A DNA stretch of 64,000 nt, taken from positions 16,742-80,741 of IMG/VR virus record IMGVR_UViG_3300037189_026207; one strand, 5' to 3'. The notes beneath the pieces are model-generated. The model did not search any database, had not been told where the DNA came from, and worked only from the letters and a program-made list of their open reading frames with translations. The stretch is from a virus. Below are positions 48,304 to 57,699 of this stretch, piece by piece. A program made the position numbers and the translations under genes. Numbering within the stretch: position 1 is the stretch's first letter; each line of letters starts with the position of its first letter.

Positions 48304-48941
48304 GCCGCAGAAAGAATAAAAAGCAACACACGAATATTAAACTCAGCAACGATGTAGCCCCGCAATCATCTGATTCTCAAGAACCGCAATTAACTTGCCC
48401 TGCGCCAGTTTTGTCGGTATCTCGAGCGCCGACGTCTGAGCCTTCTCCCGAGCCTTCCTCTGAGCCCGTAACCGAGCTGGAGCAGGAGCCCCCGATAGAA
48501 ATGCAGTCGTCAGACGCAGCAGACCCGGGCGAAAAAGACGCGTTTGTTGTTGCGCAAGCTGACGTCGCAATTAAACGCGGCGGCGAAAAATTTTATGACT
48601 ACTATTTGCAGTATCGCAATTTAAGAGAGATTGCTCGCGCTATTAACGGATTACAGCAATCTGCTCCTTTTCCTCGGCAACTGTCAATTCAAAAAATAAC
48701 AATAGACTTCACAATCGACGGAGTAGCTAAGACGGCTGAAAGCGCTGAGCCCAAAAAAGTTGGCGATATAGCGCCGCTGATTTCTTTTGCGATTCGAAAT
48801 GTTATTGAAAAAATGCACAATGAACTTCATGTGCTTTCGTATTTAGTAACGGGAATGCGCGACGCTGTACAAACTGCATTTAATTCTTGCGCAATGGCGC
48901 CCCCGGCCGGTGATTATGACAACACAAACACACAGCTATGA
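48300..48941 (+). CDS. Hypothetical protein with P/S/E-rich N-terminus
   Basis: Operon-packed ORF. Confidence 0.6.
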   Translation: MSRRKNKKQHTNIKLSNDVAPQSSDSQEPQLTCPAPVLSVSRAPTSEPSPEPSSEPVTELEQEPPIEMQSSDAADPGEKDAFVVAQADVAIKRGGEKFYDYYLQYRNLREIARAINGLQQSAPFPRQLSIQKITIDFTIDGVAKTAESAEPKKVGDIAPLISFAIRNVIEKMHNELHVLSYLVTGMRDAVQTAFNSCAMAPPAGDYDNTNTQL

Positions 48942-49774
48942 AAAAACGTTTCAATATAAATAGGGTATTCAAGCAAAGAGATAAGCTTTTTTTAGCGCTT
49001 CGTCCATACATTGGCGCAAATATCTCAGGTCAAGTATTTAAAGATCTGGTTGAAGACATTTATCCAAAACTTCCAGATTCAGTCTCCCACGATGCCGTTT
49101 TTGAATCCGCGCGGAGTTTGGCTGGTTTTGTTTTAGAGCGCAAAACAGCGGCTGAATTTGCTTGGCGCGTTGCTGGTAATATTTCTTTATTGAACGCCGG
49201 CACGCCTGTATTGTCCTGGACCATTCAGGTGCGCGACGAATGGATTCCAATTCAAATATTACGAGTTGATGCTGCAAATAAAAATTATCGCGCCGGTTAT
49301 CTTTTTCATTGCCGGGCGCTTGCTGGCTCGTCATGCCCGATGATTTTTGAGCAGTTTTTGTCGCGGGCTAGTTGTGCCGCAATTTCACGCACTGTTGGTT
49401 TTAATAATACTATGCCGTATACCAACGGGCTGCACTTTACTAATTTGCGTATGTGGGTCGGCGTTGAGGCCGCGCGCAGCTCTGACATGCCGCAGTTTCA
49501 ACAGGTCGATTGCTCTACGGCCATGCAGCAGCACAATAAAAAATTACTAGCAATTCGCACTAGATTGCAGCCTTGTGTGCAAAACTTCGAGCACCTATGC
49601 GAGCATTGTGAGATTGGATATGACCAGTGCCCAGCCGCGATATTCCCAAAGCGACTAGAAAAGAAGCTTTGTGAAAATTGTGGCGAGACACGGTACTTCG
49701 ATCCGAGCCGCGAGAGCAATTTATGCATGGCTTGCCTCCATGCCGCTAATACTAATAAAACAGCCGGAATATGA
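48938..49774 (+). CDS. Hypothetical protein with C-terminal zinc fingers
   Basis: CEHC..C, CENC, CMAC. Confidence 0.65.
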   Translation: MKKRFNINRVFKQRDKLFLALRPYIGANISGQVFKDLVEDIYPKLPDSVSHDAVFESARSLAGFVLERKTAAEFAWRVAGNISLLNAGTPVLSWTIQVRDEWIPIQILRVDAANKNYRAGYLFHCRALAGSSCPMIFEQFLSRASCAAISRTVGFNNTMPYTNGLHFTNLRMWVGVEAARSSDMPQFQQVDCSTAMQQHNKKLLAIRTRLQPCVQNFEHLCEHCEIGYDQCPAAIFPKRLEKKLCENCGETRYFDPSRESNLCMACLHAANTNKTAGI

Positions 49775-49851
49775 TTGGGCTGTTTTTTTAGCTATCAGAA
49801 GTATTGCATTCTTTCTGGCGGCCGCTATTGTATTAGGGCAGGAGGTGCTTT

Positions 49852-50508
49852 ATGTCTATCGGCTACCGCCCCAAGGGCAGCGACGGGCCCATTTACAACC
49901 CCGATCGTGATTACGCATATATTACGCCAACTCTTATGCGCAGCGCGATTGAGCGGCTGGACGCCCAGGACCTACCCGACGAAATAAAACAGTGGAAACA
50001 AAATAATAATATTACAGAAGCAGAAATTGTCGCAGCGGCTGAGGCGTTGGCGCGAGCACAGCGCGATTTTGTAAACGCCGCTGATCCGGTGGAGAGCTTC
50101 GAGCACGCACTGTCACGAAGAGACTTTCATGATCTTCGCCTGCCCGTGCGACAGCTATTATTTTCTATTATTGGTGAAGTTTTTTGCGCGGCCTGGTTTG
50201 TCGCGATTAGGGACGTATCAAAAATTGGTTTGGGATCTGCCGCGGAAACTGAGATGGCGGATTTCACCGCTTCTGTTCATAAATTTGCTACGAACGTTTT
50301 GCCGGGTAAAAACTGTACAGACCTTGCAACACTGCAGATGCGTAACGACTTATTGCAAACTCGCTGCAACATGCTACTCGAGGCGTATAACAAGTTAAAA
50401 AAAGAATCGACTGTTGTTGTGCCTCTGCCTGCCCCTCCGGTTTCTTTTTGGATTAAACTGGTCAAGCCGGTATTACGTGTTCTAAATGTGATCGGCCCCA
50501 TGAAGTAA
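49852..50508 (+). CDS. Hypothetical protein
   Basis: AGGAGG SD. Confidence 0.65.
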   Translation: MSIGYRPKGSDGPIYNPDRDYAYITPTLMRSAIERLDAQDLPDEIKQWKQNNNITEAEIVAAAEALARAQRDFVNAADPVESFEHALSRRDFHDLRLPVRQLLFSIIGEVFCAAWFVAIRDVSKIGLGSAAETEMADFTASVHKFATNVLPGKNCTDLATLQMRNDLLQTRCNMLLEAYNKLKKESTVVVPLPAPPVSFWIKLVKPVLRVLNVIGPMK

Positions 50509-50518
50509 GGATTATTTT

Positions 50519-51157
50519 GTGCCCAAATATCGAATGCATAAGGATCCGGCGGCTTTTGCTGCTAAGTTGCCGGCGCTGGAAGCTGGGGCGATTCGTTGTC
50601 TTGGATTAGATCTCGGTAGTAACTGCGGCGTAGCCATATACGATTTTTTCCCGTCAAAGAAAGTTTTGCAGGACAAGCTTCATTTATTTCAGTGGGACTT
50701 GTCTTGTAGCGGATTAGATTCTGGCGCCTCCAGATTTGTTCGGCTGCGCGCATTTTTAAACACCGTCAAACCCGACGCTATTGCCTACGAAGATGTTAAG
50801 TACACGCCGCCGCGAGAGTTTTTTGTAAACAAGAAATTCGGTATTCCGGCTATCTTATCTCGCGTGGCCACCGCGTCCGAAGTGTTGGGCGGGATGAAAG
50901 TGACAGTGGCAACCTGGGCGCAAGAAGCCGATATTCCGTCGGTTGGCTTTGGCGTTACCACAATTAAAAAGTTCGCTACCGGGAGTGGGCGCGCAAACAA
51001 AGAAGACATGATCAAGGCTGCTAACAAAACTATGAATACGGCGTTTGATCAATCTAAATATAAATCTGACGGAATAGACAATGTGGTTGATGCCGCGTTT
51101 GTTTTAATGATGCTTTTGCAGCAGGTTAAACTAAGCGCCCCGAACGCCAAAAAATAG
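50519..51157 (+). CDS. ruvC: RuvC-like Holliday junction resolvase
   Basis: LGLDLGSNCGVA, IAYEDV, TIKKFATGSGRANKEDM, DNVVDA. Confidence 0.85.
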   Translation: MPKYRMHKDPAAFAAKLPALEAGAIRCLGLDLGSNCGVAIYDFFPSKKVLQDKLHLFQWDLSCSGLDSGASRFVRLRAFLNTVKPDAIAYEDVKYTPPREFFVNKKFGIPAILSRVATASEVLGGMKVTVATWAQEADIPSVGFGVTTIKKFATGSGRANKEDMIKAANKTMNTAFDQSKYKSDGIDNVVDAAFVLMMLLQQVKLSAPNAKK

Positions 51158-51158
51158 T

Positions 51159-51785
51159 ATGTCCAATTTAGATTTTCAACGCGCCGACAGCGTATCGAAT
51201 CCTACAGCTTTGCGGCAGCTGTCGTGTCTTGAGTCTTTGCGTGAGCGCCGGGGCGATGTTCGTTGTTTTACGCCAGCCCTGCTTGTTACTCACGCGCACC
51301 TGCCGCTCGACCCAGCAGAAGATTTTTCGTCTCGGTTTCCGGCGGCTGCCGCACTACAGCCGTTTTGTGTTGAGCTTCCATCTAACGCCCCCCCATTTTT
51401 TTCGGGGCTTCCGACCACTGTATTACGCAATCGGCTTATTGACTGGAATCGCCGGCTGTACGCCATCGCGGCCGAGCGCGCTAAAGAATGTTTTGATTTT
51501 TTAGCGGGTATTGGCGCCACTGGGCATAATGGGTTTTTTGCTAGTTCGGTAATGTATGCAGCCAGCATCCCGGACCCACTGTCGCGAGCTACGCCTAGGA
51601 GCGCAATTGACGTAACTATGTTTGGCGTATTTTCTGCAAACAAGATTACATATCTAGCGCCCCGCTTCGATCTTCCGCCGATTCTTAACGTAATAGACGC
51701 AGCAGCTCGACTAACAATAAATACACCATTAAAACTTGACGACAACATTGAATCGCAATTTAAACAATTAAAGGAAGAAGAATGA
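51159..51785 (+). CDS. Hypothetical protein
   Basis: Operon-packed ORF. Confidence 0.6.
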   Translation: MSNLDFQRADSVSNPTALRQLSCLESLRERRGDVRCFTPALLVTHAHLPLDPAEDFSSRFPAAAALQPFCVELPSNAPPFFSGLPTTVLRNRLIDWNRRLYAIAAERAKECFDFLAGIGATGHNGFFASSVMYAASIPDPLSRATPRSAIDVTMFGVFSANKITYLAPRFDLPPILNVIDAAARLTINTPLKLDDNIESQFKQLKEEE

Positions 51786-52141
51786 GCGAATGGAGTAGTT
51801 GGTTTGATAAATCAAAACTAGATGTTATTACCAGACTACGTTGCGCCGTCGCTGGGGTTGAACCTACTTTGGGTGAATTACTTGAAGAGGCAGCTACTTA
51901 TATTGAAAAAATGCGTACAGTTCGCGCAGATGTTGAGGGGCGCTGGGCTGACGCCAATAATGGGCGACATCGCGCTGAAAAAAAGCTAGATAATCTAATA
52001 GCGCTTAACGACTCTCTGCGCCGAGAGATCCGCCTACAGCGGCAGGAAATCGCTGCATTAAGAGAAGAGCGTAAAATTTTTTTAACCGCTGATCTAGGTT
52101 CGATTACACCACAAAATGAGCTGTCTGGAGATATTCCATGA
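51782..52141 (+). CDS. Coiled-coil hypothetical protein
   Basis: ATGA overlap. Confidence 0.6.
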   Translation: MSEWSSWFDKSKLDVITRLRCAVAGVEPTLGELLEEAATYIEKMRTVRADVEGRWADANNGRHRAEKKLDNLIALNDSLRREIRLQRQEIAALREERKIFLTADLGSITPQNELSGDIP

Positions 52142-52590
52142 GTCCGCCTCGCGCTAAAGAGCCTAAAGAAAAAGAACCAGAACATACAGAAAAATTTTAC
52201 GCTGTTATTTTGCACCCAGACGGCGACTTCAAAGTTGAATCATACGACGAACTGGCAGGACTTGTAAAAAGGCTTAAAGCGCTTATTGATAAGGATGTTT
52301 CTGTTTTTTCATTTTCCGGCGTGCAACTTAAATTGTCTAAGCCGCCGTTTCGGCATTTGCTTACTCCCTGGGGTCCGCAGCCACTATTTGACGTGGCGGC
52401 TGACAGCCTAGAGCCAGACGACACCGGATATATGGGCGTAGACGCGATTCATTTATCTGGCCCCCCAGCGCTCAAAACACCAGAGCTGTCTAAAAACTTA
52501 AATGGCGACGTAGACGAATTTTTTGACGACGATTCTAATGACACCGGACTCGGTGTTTTCGACAGCGTGTTGCCGGATCCGGACAGCTAA
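52138..52590 (+). CDS. Hypothetical protein with acidic tail
   Basis: GGAG SD, ATGA overlap. Confidence 0.6.
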   Translation: MSPPRAKEPKEKEPEHTEKFYAVILHPDGDFKVESYDELAGLVKRLKALIDKDVSVFSFSGVQLKLSKPPFRHLLTPWGPQPLFDVAADSLEPDDTGYMGVDAIHLSGPPALKTPELSKNLNGDVDEFFDDDSNDTGLGVFDSVLPDPDS

Positions 52591-52696
52591 ATTTTTTTCA
52601 AAAACGTGGCATATTATTTGTTGTTCCCGCTCTTTGAAATTAGCGGGCAAGTAATTACTGCCACGGAGCAAGCGCTCCATTGGAGGATTTCTTGAG

Positions 52697-52942
52697 TTGA
52701 GTACCAGTACGGGATACGAGACCTACAGGCTAGTCGTGTACAACGACCGTCCTGTATTGTCTCAACGTAAATTTGACGCAGATCATTTGGAAGTAGTTTT
52801 CTACGACAATACATCTGCGCCGCAAATTGTCCACGAGAGCGATTGGAAATCGTTCTCTAAAAATGTGTTTGTTCCCAAAACTCTCGGCCCTCGTAAACGG
52901 GTCGCAAATAACTGGGACAAATACAGTAAGTACTGTCACTAA
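52697..52942 (+). CDS. Hypothetical protein
   Basis: GGAGG SD, TTG start. Confidence 0.5.
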   Translation: MSTSTGYETYRLVVYNDRPVLSQRKFDADHLEVVFYDNTSAPQIVHESDWKSFSKNVFVPKTLGPRKRVANNWDKYSKYCH

Positions 52943-52954
52943 AGGAGTGTTTCC

Positions 52955-54337
52955 ATGACTCGAGAAGAAGTTCAAGCTCCGTCCCCCTACACCGCACATA
53001 TGGGCAAGAAAGCCCGTAAGTCGAGGCAGGGGGCTGCGCCTTCAGCGGACCGGGCTGCGCGTCAGCACAGCCGGTACGCGTCGTTGAAAGCGCAGTTCAA
53101 CAAAGTGTGTCGGAGTCTCGTCGGCAGGACCGCGATCATGGTTCTGCCGGGCCAGGGCTGCCAGCACTCTGTTGAGCAGTTTCGGCCGGCGCACTGGGAG
53201 CGCCGGTGGCGTACGCGGCCGTTCTTTGTCTTGCTCTCGGTGGGCAAGCAGGAGCAGCAGTATACGTTGAAGCTCGCAGGAGCGACTTCCTACTTCGACG
53301 AGAAGTCGAAGAAATTGAGGTACGTCAACGGGTCCGGCGCTAAGCCGTGCCTGTATGACTTTCTGCGGCCACCGGCTCCCGGCGGTCGCAGCCCCGTGCT
53401 CGACGGGGCCTCAAATCACGTGCTCTTCACAGCAGCCAATAACCTGCTGCAAGAGCTTGTGAATACCGCAAATCAGCCGGTTGCACCGCTGGTGCTTCCC
53501 AAGCTGGTTTGCTTAATTTCCGGCCGCCACGTGCCTATCGACTTTAAGAAGGTCGAGAAGCTGGCAGCCGATGTGCCGGAGCCGCTGCGTGAGCAATACA
53601 AGCAGCGTCTGGTAAAGGAGGCCGAGATTGTCTCGTTGGGTACCCGCTTCGGTAACGCAGCGGTCATGCCCGATGCGGCGATCGCGCAGGCTTTCGCGGA
53701 GAAGCGAGCGTATGAGGATTATTCTGATATGTTGGGCGCCGAAACGGCCAACCCGACCCGGAAGATTCTCATGGCTGCTAACCCGGCTTCGGCCGTGTTG
53801 GCGCAAAATGGTTTGGAGGATGGCTGGGACGCCTCGGCGGACCAGGACCTGTACGAGAAGCTGCTCGCAGAAATGCGCGCCATGCTTCCCCTACCGGAAC
53901 TGGTGTCGGATGCGGATCTGCTTGATGCCCTTGCGGAGCCGAACGCACCCGTTCGGCCGAGCAGGACTCTGACAGATCTGATCGCCGCCGAGCCCGAGTC
54001 GGTGGTGCGCGCTCTGCGTAACACGATGCCTTACGGCGCCGCGTTGCGAGAGCACGTCACAGACCGGGAGCTGCTCGCCGCAGCGGCGAATCCCTACGCG
54101 CCGTTGACGGTGGGCGCGTACTCGAAGATTCAGGTTGTGGAGACGGAGGCGCTCGACGCGCTTCCCGACTTCTCGACCGGAAACTTCTGGTCGGCCGATG
54201 GGTGGACGCCGCCGAGCCAGTGGCAGTTCCCCGTGTGGGACAGCCACAGCGGCCTCGAGTTCGAGGAGGGCGACATCAAGACCGATGGTGTCGTCGAGTG
54301 CCTCCAACTCAAGCGGGAGCGCATCGCGGCGGAGTGA
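52955..54337 (+). CDS. Hypothetical protein, GC-rich gene
   Basis: AAGGAG SD; 460 aa; no recognised family. Confidence 0.7.
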   Translation: MTREEVQAPSPYTAHMGKKARKSRQGAAPSADRAARQHSRYASLKAQFNKVCRSLVGRTAIMVLPGQGCQHSVEQFRPAHWERRWRTRPFFVLLSVGKQEQQYTLKLAGATSYFDEKSKKLRYVNGSGAKPCLYDFLRPPAPGGRSPVLDGASNHVLFTAANNLLQELVNTANQPVAPLVLPKLVCLISGRHVPIDFKKVEKLAADVPEPLREQYKQRLVKEAEIVSLGTRFGNAAVMPDAAIAQAFAEKRAYEDYSDMLGAETANPTRKILMAANPASAVLAQNGLEDGWDASADQDLYEKLLAEMRAMLPLPELVSDADLLDALAEPNAPVRPSRTLTDLIAAEPESVVRALRNTMPYGAALREHVTDRELLAAAANPYAPLTVGAYSKIQVVETEALDALPDFSTGNFWSADGWTPPSQWQFPVWDSHSGLEFEEGDIKTDGVVECLQLKRERIAAE

Positions 54338-54341
54338 TGTA

Positions 54342-54632
54342 ATGCGGCATCTTATTCAACCTCAAAACGAATCTGTGCTGACTTGGCTTCTTGCAAGAGA
54401 TGCCGAGCCAAGCGTCTTGCCGACGTTTCCCACAGATTCGCGGAAGGGGCTGGTAGTGGGTCAATTATTGAACGGGAGTTGTTATGCCGAAGTGATAACT
54501 ACACCCGAACAGTTGAAAGCAGCGTGCGGGCCTGGGCTTCCACTCGGGCGTCTTTTTTTCCACGTGGATAAAGACGAACTGTATGCTGTTTGCGACTCGC
54601 TGGATGCCGCAAAATTTGGCGGGAGACTATAA
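54342..54632 (+). CDS. Hypothetical protein
   Basis: GGAG SD before ATG 54342. Confidence 0.55.
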   Translation: MRHLIQPQNESVLTWLLARDAEPSVLPTFPTDSRKGLVVGQLLNGSCYAEVITTPEQLKAACGPGLPLGRLFFHVDKDELYAVCDSLDAAKFGGRL

Positions 54633-54651
54633 CGGTCTCCCGCCTTTTTTT
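54618..54651 (+). terminator. Intrinsic terminator
   Basis: GGCGGGAGAC / GTCTCCCGCC perfect stem followed by T7. Confidence 0.85.
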
Positions 54652-54667
54652 AGCTATTGGAGATACA

Positions 54668-55528
54668 ATGAGCGAATATAAAGATCCAAATAAAGAAACA
54701 CTATCAAACGGCGTACCGATCGCCGCCGTCATGCGCGGCGACAAGGGCATGAAAGGCGTGATTGTATCGCCTGCCGGAGTCGACGGCCGTTCAACTGGCT
54801 TTAATCCGCACGACAAATCAACTATAGCTATTAATATTGAACCCGATAGCGGCAATGGTCAGACGTTGTCGTTGTCACAGTTTACTAAAGAATCTGTTCG
54901 CGCGGCTATGAAAGCAGCTGAAGAAAAAATAACAGGGAACGACATTCACGCCATTCGAGAGAGGACTGCCGTGGCTTTTGAAGAACTATCAAAAATTGCT
55001 AATTCTGGCGTAGTTAAAAAAGCGACTAGCACCACTACGCGGGTTCCCGACCCACCACAGCCGGAGCCGGATCTAGACGAAGACGCGGTATTTCCTGAAA
55101 CGGTTGACCGCACTTACAGCCCTATGGCGGCCTTCGGATTAAAGCGGTCAAAGACGCAAGCTGCTGCAGTACCGTCGGCGCCAAAGCCAAATCGCGATGC
55201 CGGCCCGCCAGCAAAGTTGCTGTATTTTGAGAAAGAAGGTATTGGTACGGTCCCCGCCTTTTTTCACGATGTTGTTGTTGATGTTAATTTTGACGATGAA
55301 GAATTAATAGAAACTGGCTTTATTGTCTTGGTTTACGACCTGCGATATGAGCAGGCTACCGCCCGTTGGTTCCCGCCCGCGCATGATCCCTATAACCGCC
55401 CCTGGGCCCTGCAAATAAGTAATGACAGGCGCTTGTACCTTGTTCAACCCAGCGGATTTCAGTATGTTTACGACAATCGCGAGTTTTGTGTGTTATCTGT
55501 AATAAAGGCCGTCACCTCGGATATTTAA
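54668..55528 (+). CDS. Hypothetical protein
   Basis: GGAG SD before ATG 54668. Confidence 0.65.
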   Translation: MSEYKDPNKETLSNGVPIAAVMRGDKGMKGVIVSPAGVDGRSTGFNPHDKSTIAINIEPDSGNGQTLSLSQFTKESVRAAMKAAEEKITGNDIHAIRERTAVAFEELSKIANSGVVKKATSTTTRVPDPPQPEPDLDEDAVFPETVDRTYSPMAAFGLKRSKTQAAAVPSAPKPNRDAGPPAKLLYFEKEGIGTVPAFFHDVVVDVNFDDEELIETGFIVLVYDLRYEQATARWFPPAHDPYNRPWALQISNDRRLYLVQPSGFQYVYDNREFCVLSVIKAVTSDI

Positions 55529-55529
55529 C

Positions 55530-55715
55530 ATGGAAAAAAGAGCTATTATTCATCCCGATGTCACGCCAGATCTCACAGCCGACGATAAAGTTAAATCGGC
55601 TAAAGATTGCGCTAAGACAAATATTGTGGATAATTGTGGGGCTGCCGTGCGCGAGCTAGATGCAGACTTTAGAAAAGCCGCTGCGGATAAAGTCAAAAAA
55701 GCCCTAGACTCTTAA
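55530..55715 (+). CDS. Small hypothetical protein
   Basis: Operon-packed ORF. Confidence 0.5.
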   Translation: MEKRAIIHPDVTPDLTADDKVKSAKDCAKTNIVDNCGAAVRELDADFRKAAADKVKKALDS

Positions 55716-55727
55716 CGGATTTTTATT

Positions 55728-57695
55728 GTGGCATCTCCGGGAACATTTACACAAGGCATCGCGGCATCTGGCCCGGGCGTAGCCGCAGACGACAGGTTTC
55801 CCGACCCGTTCTGCGATATTGCGTCACTGTCCATGCCGGAATCTATTCAGGCCGCTTTGCGCTGGTCTGAATTTATCGTCAATTGCAACGGCCCATACAG
55901 GCAGGCGATTGACCGTGTCGTGTCATATTTTCTTACAGATATTCAAATTCTGGATTCCGGCGCGAGCGACCTAAGCCGCGAGGAGAAAGACAAATATCTA
56001 GCATTCTTTAATGACACGCTGGGCATCAAAAACGCGCTGCACTCTGTGGGGCTTGACTATCTAACGTACGGCAACAGCTTTACCAGCGTTTTTGTGCCGT
56101 TTCGGCGCTATCTGTCGTGTCCGCGCTGTGGCATGGAAATGCCAATCGAGCGCGTGCATGAAAATCCCAAGTGCAATTTTAAGTGGGAAAATTTTGAGTT
56201 TCATGTCACTTGTCCAAGTTGTAAGACGAGTGACAAGTGGAAGCACATTGATCGACGGACTGGCGATTCCGAGCCGCTAAAGATCAAGCGCTGGAGCCCG
56301 CACGAAATTGAGCTACTGTGGGATCAATACAGCGATGAAGTCAAATATGTCTGGAGAATTCCTGAAGATTACCGCACGCTTATTCGACAGGGGCATATCC
56401 ATCATCTGCAGCGCGCGAGCTGGGAAGTCATTCAGGCGATCAAGAACAATCAAAATTTAATGTTCGATAAAGACGTGATCTTTCATTTAAAGGAAGACGC
56501 TTTATCCGGCATGCGAAATCGCGGCTGGGGTATCTCGCGCGTGCTCGCTAATTTCAGACAGGCTTGGTACGTACAGATTTTGCATCGCTACAACGAGGCT
56601 GTTGCGCTTGACTATGTAATCCCATTCCGTGTGATTACACCCGCGCCTAGAGGCGGTGACGCCGCCTCCGGCGACCCTGTACATACTATTAATTTAAGCA
56701 ACTTTACGGCGCGAGTGCAGGCCATGCTGCGGGCGCGTCGCACAGATCCGGCGCGCTGGAACGTGCTGCCGTTCCCTGTGAATTATCAAGCCCTTGGCGG
56801 CGACGCAAGTCAGCTGGCGCCTAAAGATTTGCTTGACCAGGGCTTAGATACTCTGCTGCGATGTATTGGTATGCCGGTCGAGCTGTATAACGGCACGCTA
56901 AGCATGCAAGCCGCCCCGGCAGCATTACGGGTATTTGAAGCTAACTGGGCGCATTTACCGCACAACTTAAATCTTTTCCTACAGCATGTAGCGCGCAAAG
57001 TCGCCGAGGTTAAGTCGTGGGAGCCGGCTAATGTTTCGCTCACTCGCGTTACGCATGCCGACGATCTCAACCGCCAAATGGCCAAGCTGCAGCTCATGAT
57101 GGGCGGGCAAATCAGTCAGACAACGGGACTCAAGTCTGTCGGGTTGGATTACGAGGAAGAAACGAAGCGCCGGCTCGAGGAAGAACGAATTTACGCGGAA
57201 GAACAAACGAGGCTCCAGACCGAAATGGAGCAGGCGCAGCAGATGGAAACATTGTCACAGCAAGCAGAGATGCTTGGCGGAGTAGGAAATCCAGGGGCGG
57301 GTGCGACAGGGATGCCACCGCAGCAAGCCGGCATGACGCCGCAGCCCGGCACGACGCCGGCCCCCACTGGTGCTCCTCCGGCTGGCGCTCCTCCTGCACC
57401 GCCACCGCCGCCAGTCGATCAATTTATTTTACAACGACAAAATTCGCCCAACGTGCCTAGAACTCCCGAAGAACTGCAGTCTCAAGCCCAGCTTTTAGCG
57501 CAGCAATTACTCGCGCTACCTGAAGGGCAGAAAGACAGTCAACTAATCAAACTGAAGCGTACTGACCCGACGATGCACGCTCTTGTATCTAGTATTATTG
57601 ACGATATTCGGCAGCAGGCCCGCTCACAAGGCGGCGCTATGTTGATGCAACAACAATTTGGCGGCGGGGGTGGGGCGATGCCGCCCGGCCCGTGA
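55728..57695 (+). CDS. Portal-like protein with zinc-ribbon insertion
   Basis: YRQAIDRVVSYF, GLDYLTYGNSF, IFHLK...GWGIS; Q/P/G-rich C-tail typical of portals; CPRC/CPSC insert. Confidence 0.6.
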   Translation: MASPGTFTQGIAASGPGVAADDRFPDPFCDIASLSMPESIQAALRWSEFIVNCNGPYRQAIDRVVSYFLTDIQILDSGASDLSREEKDKYLAFFNDTLGIKNALHSVGLDYLTYGNSFTSVFVPFRRYLSCPRCGMEMPIERVHENPKCNFKWENFEFHVTCPSCKTSDKWKHIDRRTGDSEPLKIKRWSPHEIELLWDQYSDEVKYVWRIPEDYRTLIRQGHIHHLQRASWEVIQAIKNNQNLMFDKDVIFHLKEDALSGMRNRGWGISRVLANFRQAWYVQILHRYNEAVALDYVIPFRVITPAPRGGDAASGDPVHTINLSNFTARVQAMLRARRTDPARWNVLPFPVNYQALGGDASQLAPKDLLDQGLDTLLRCIGMPVELYNGTLSMQAAPAALRVFEANWAHLPHNLNLFLQHVARKVAEVKSWEPANVSLTRVTHADDLNRQMAKLQLMMGGQISQTTGLKSVGLDYEEETKRRLEEERIYAEEQTRLQTEMEQAQQMETLSQQAEMLGGVGNPGAGATGMPPQQAGMTPQPGTTPAPTGAPPAGAPPAPPPPPVDQFILQRQNSPNVPRTPEELQSQAQLLAQQLLALPEGQKDSQLIKLKRTDPTMHALVSSIIDDIRQQARSQGGAMLMQQQFGGGGGAMPPGP

Positions 57696-57699
57696 AAAA

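Noticed and set aside
50519-51157. TnpB/Cas12-type RuvC effector
   Set aside because: Short (212 aa), with classic resolvase motifs and no zinc finger, REC region or adjacent ncRNA space.
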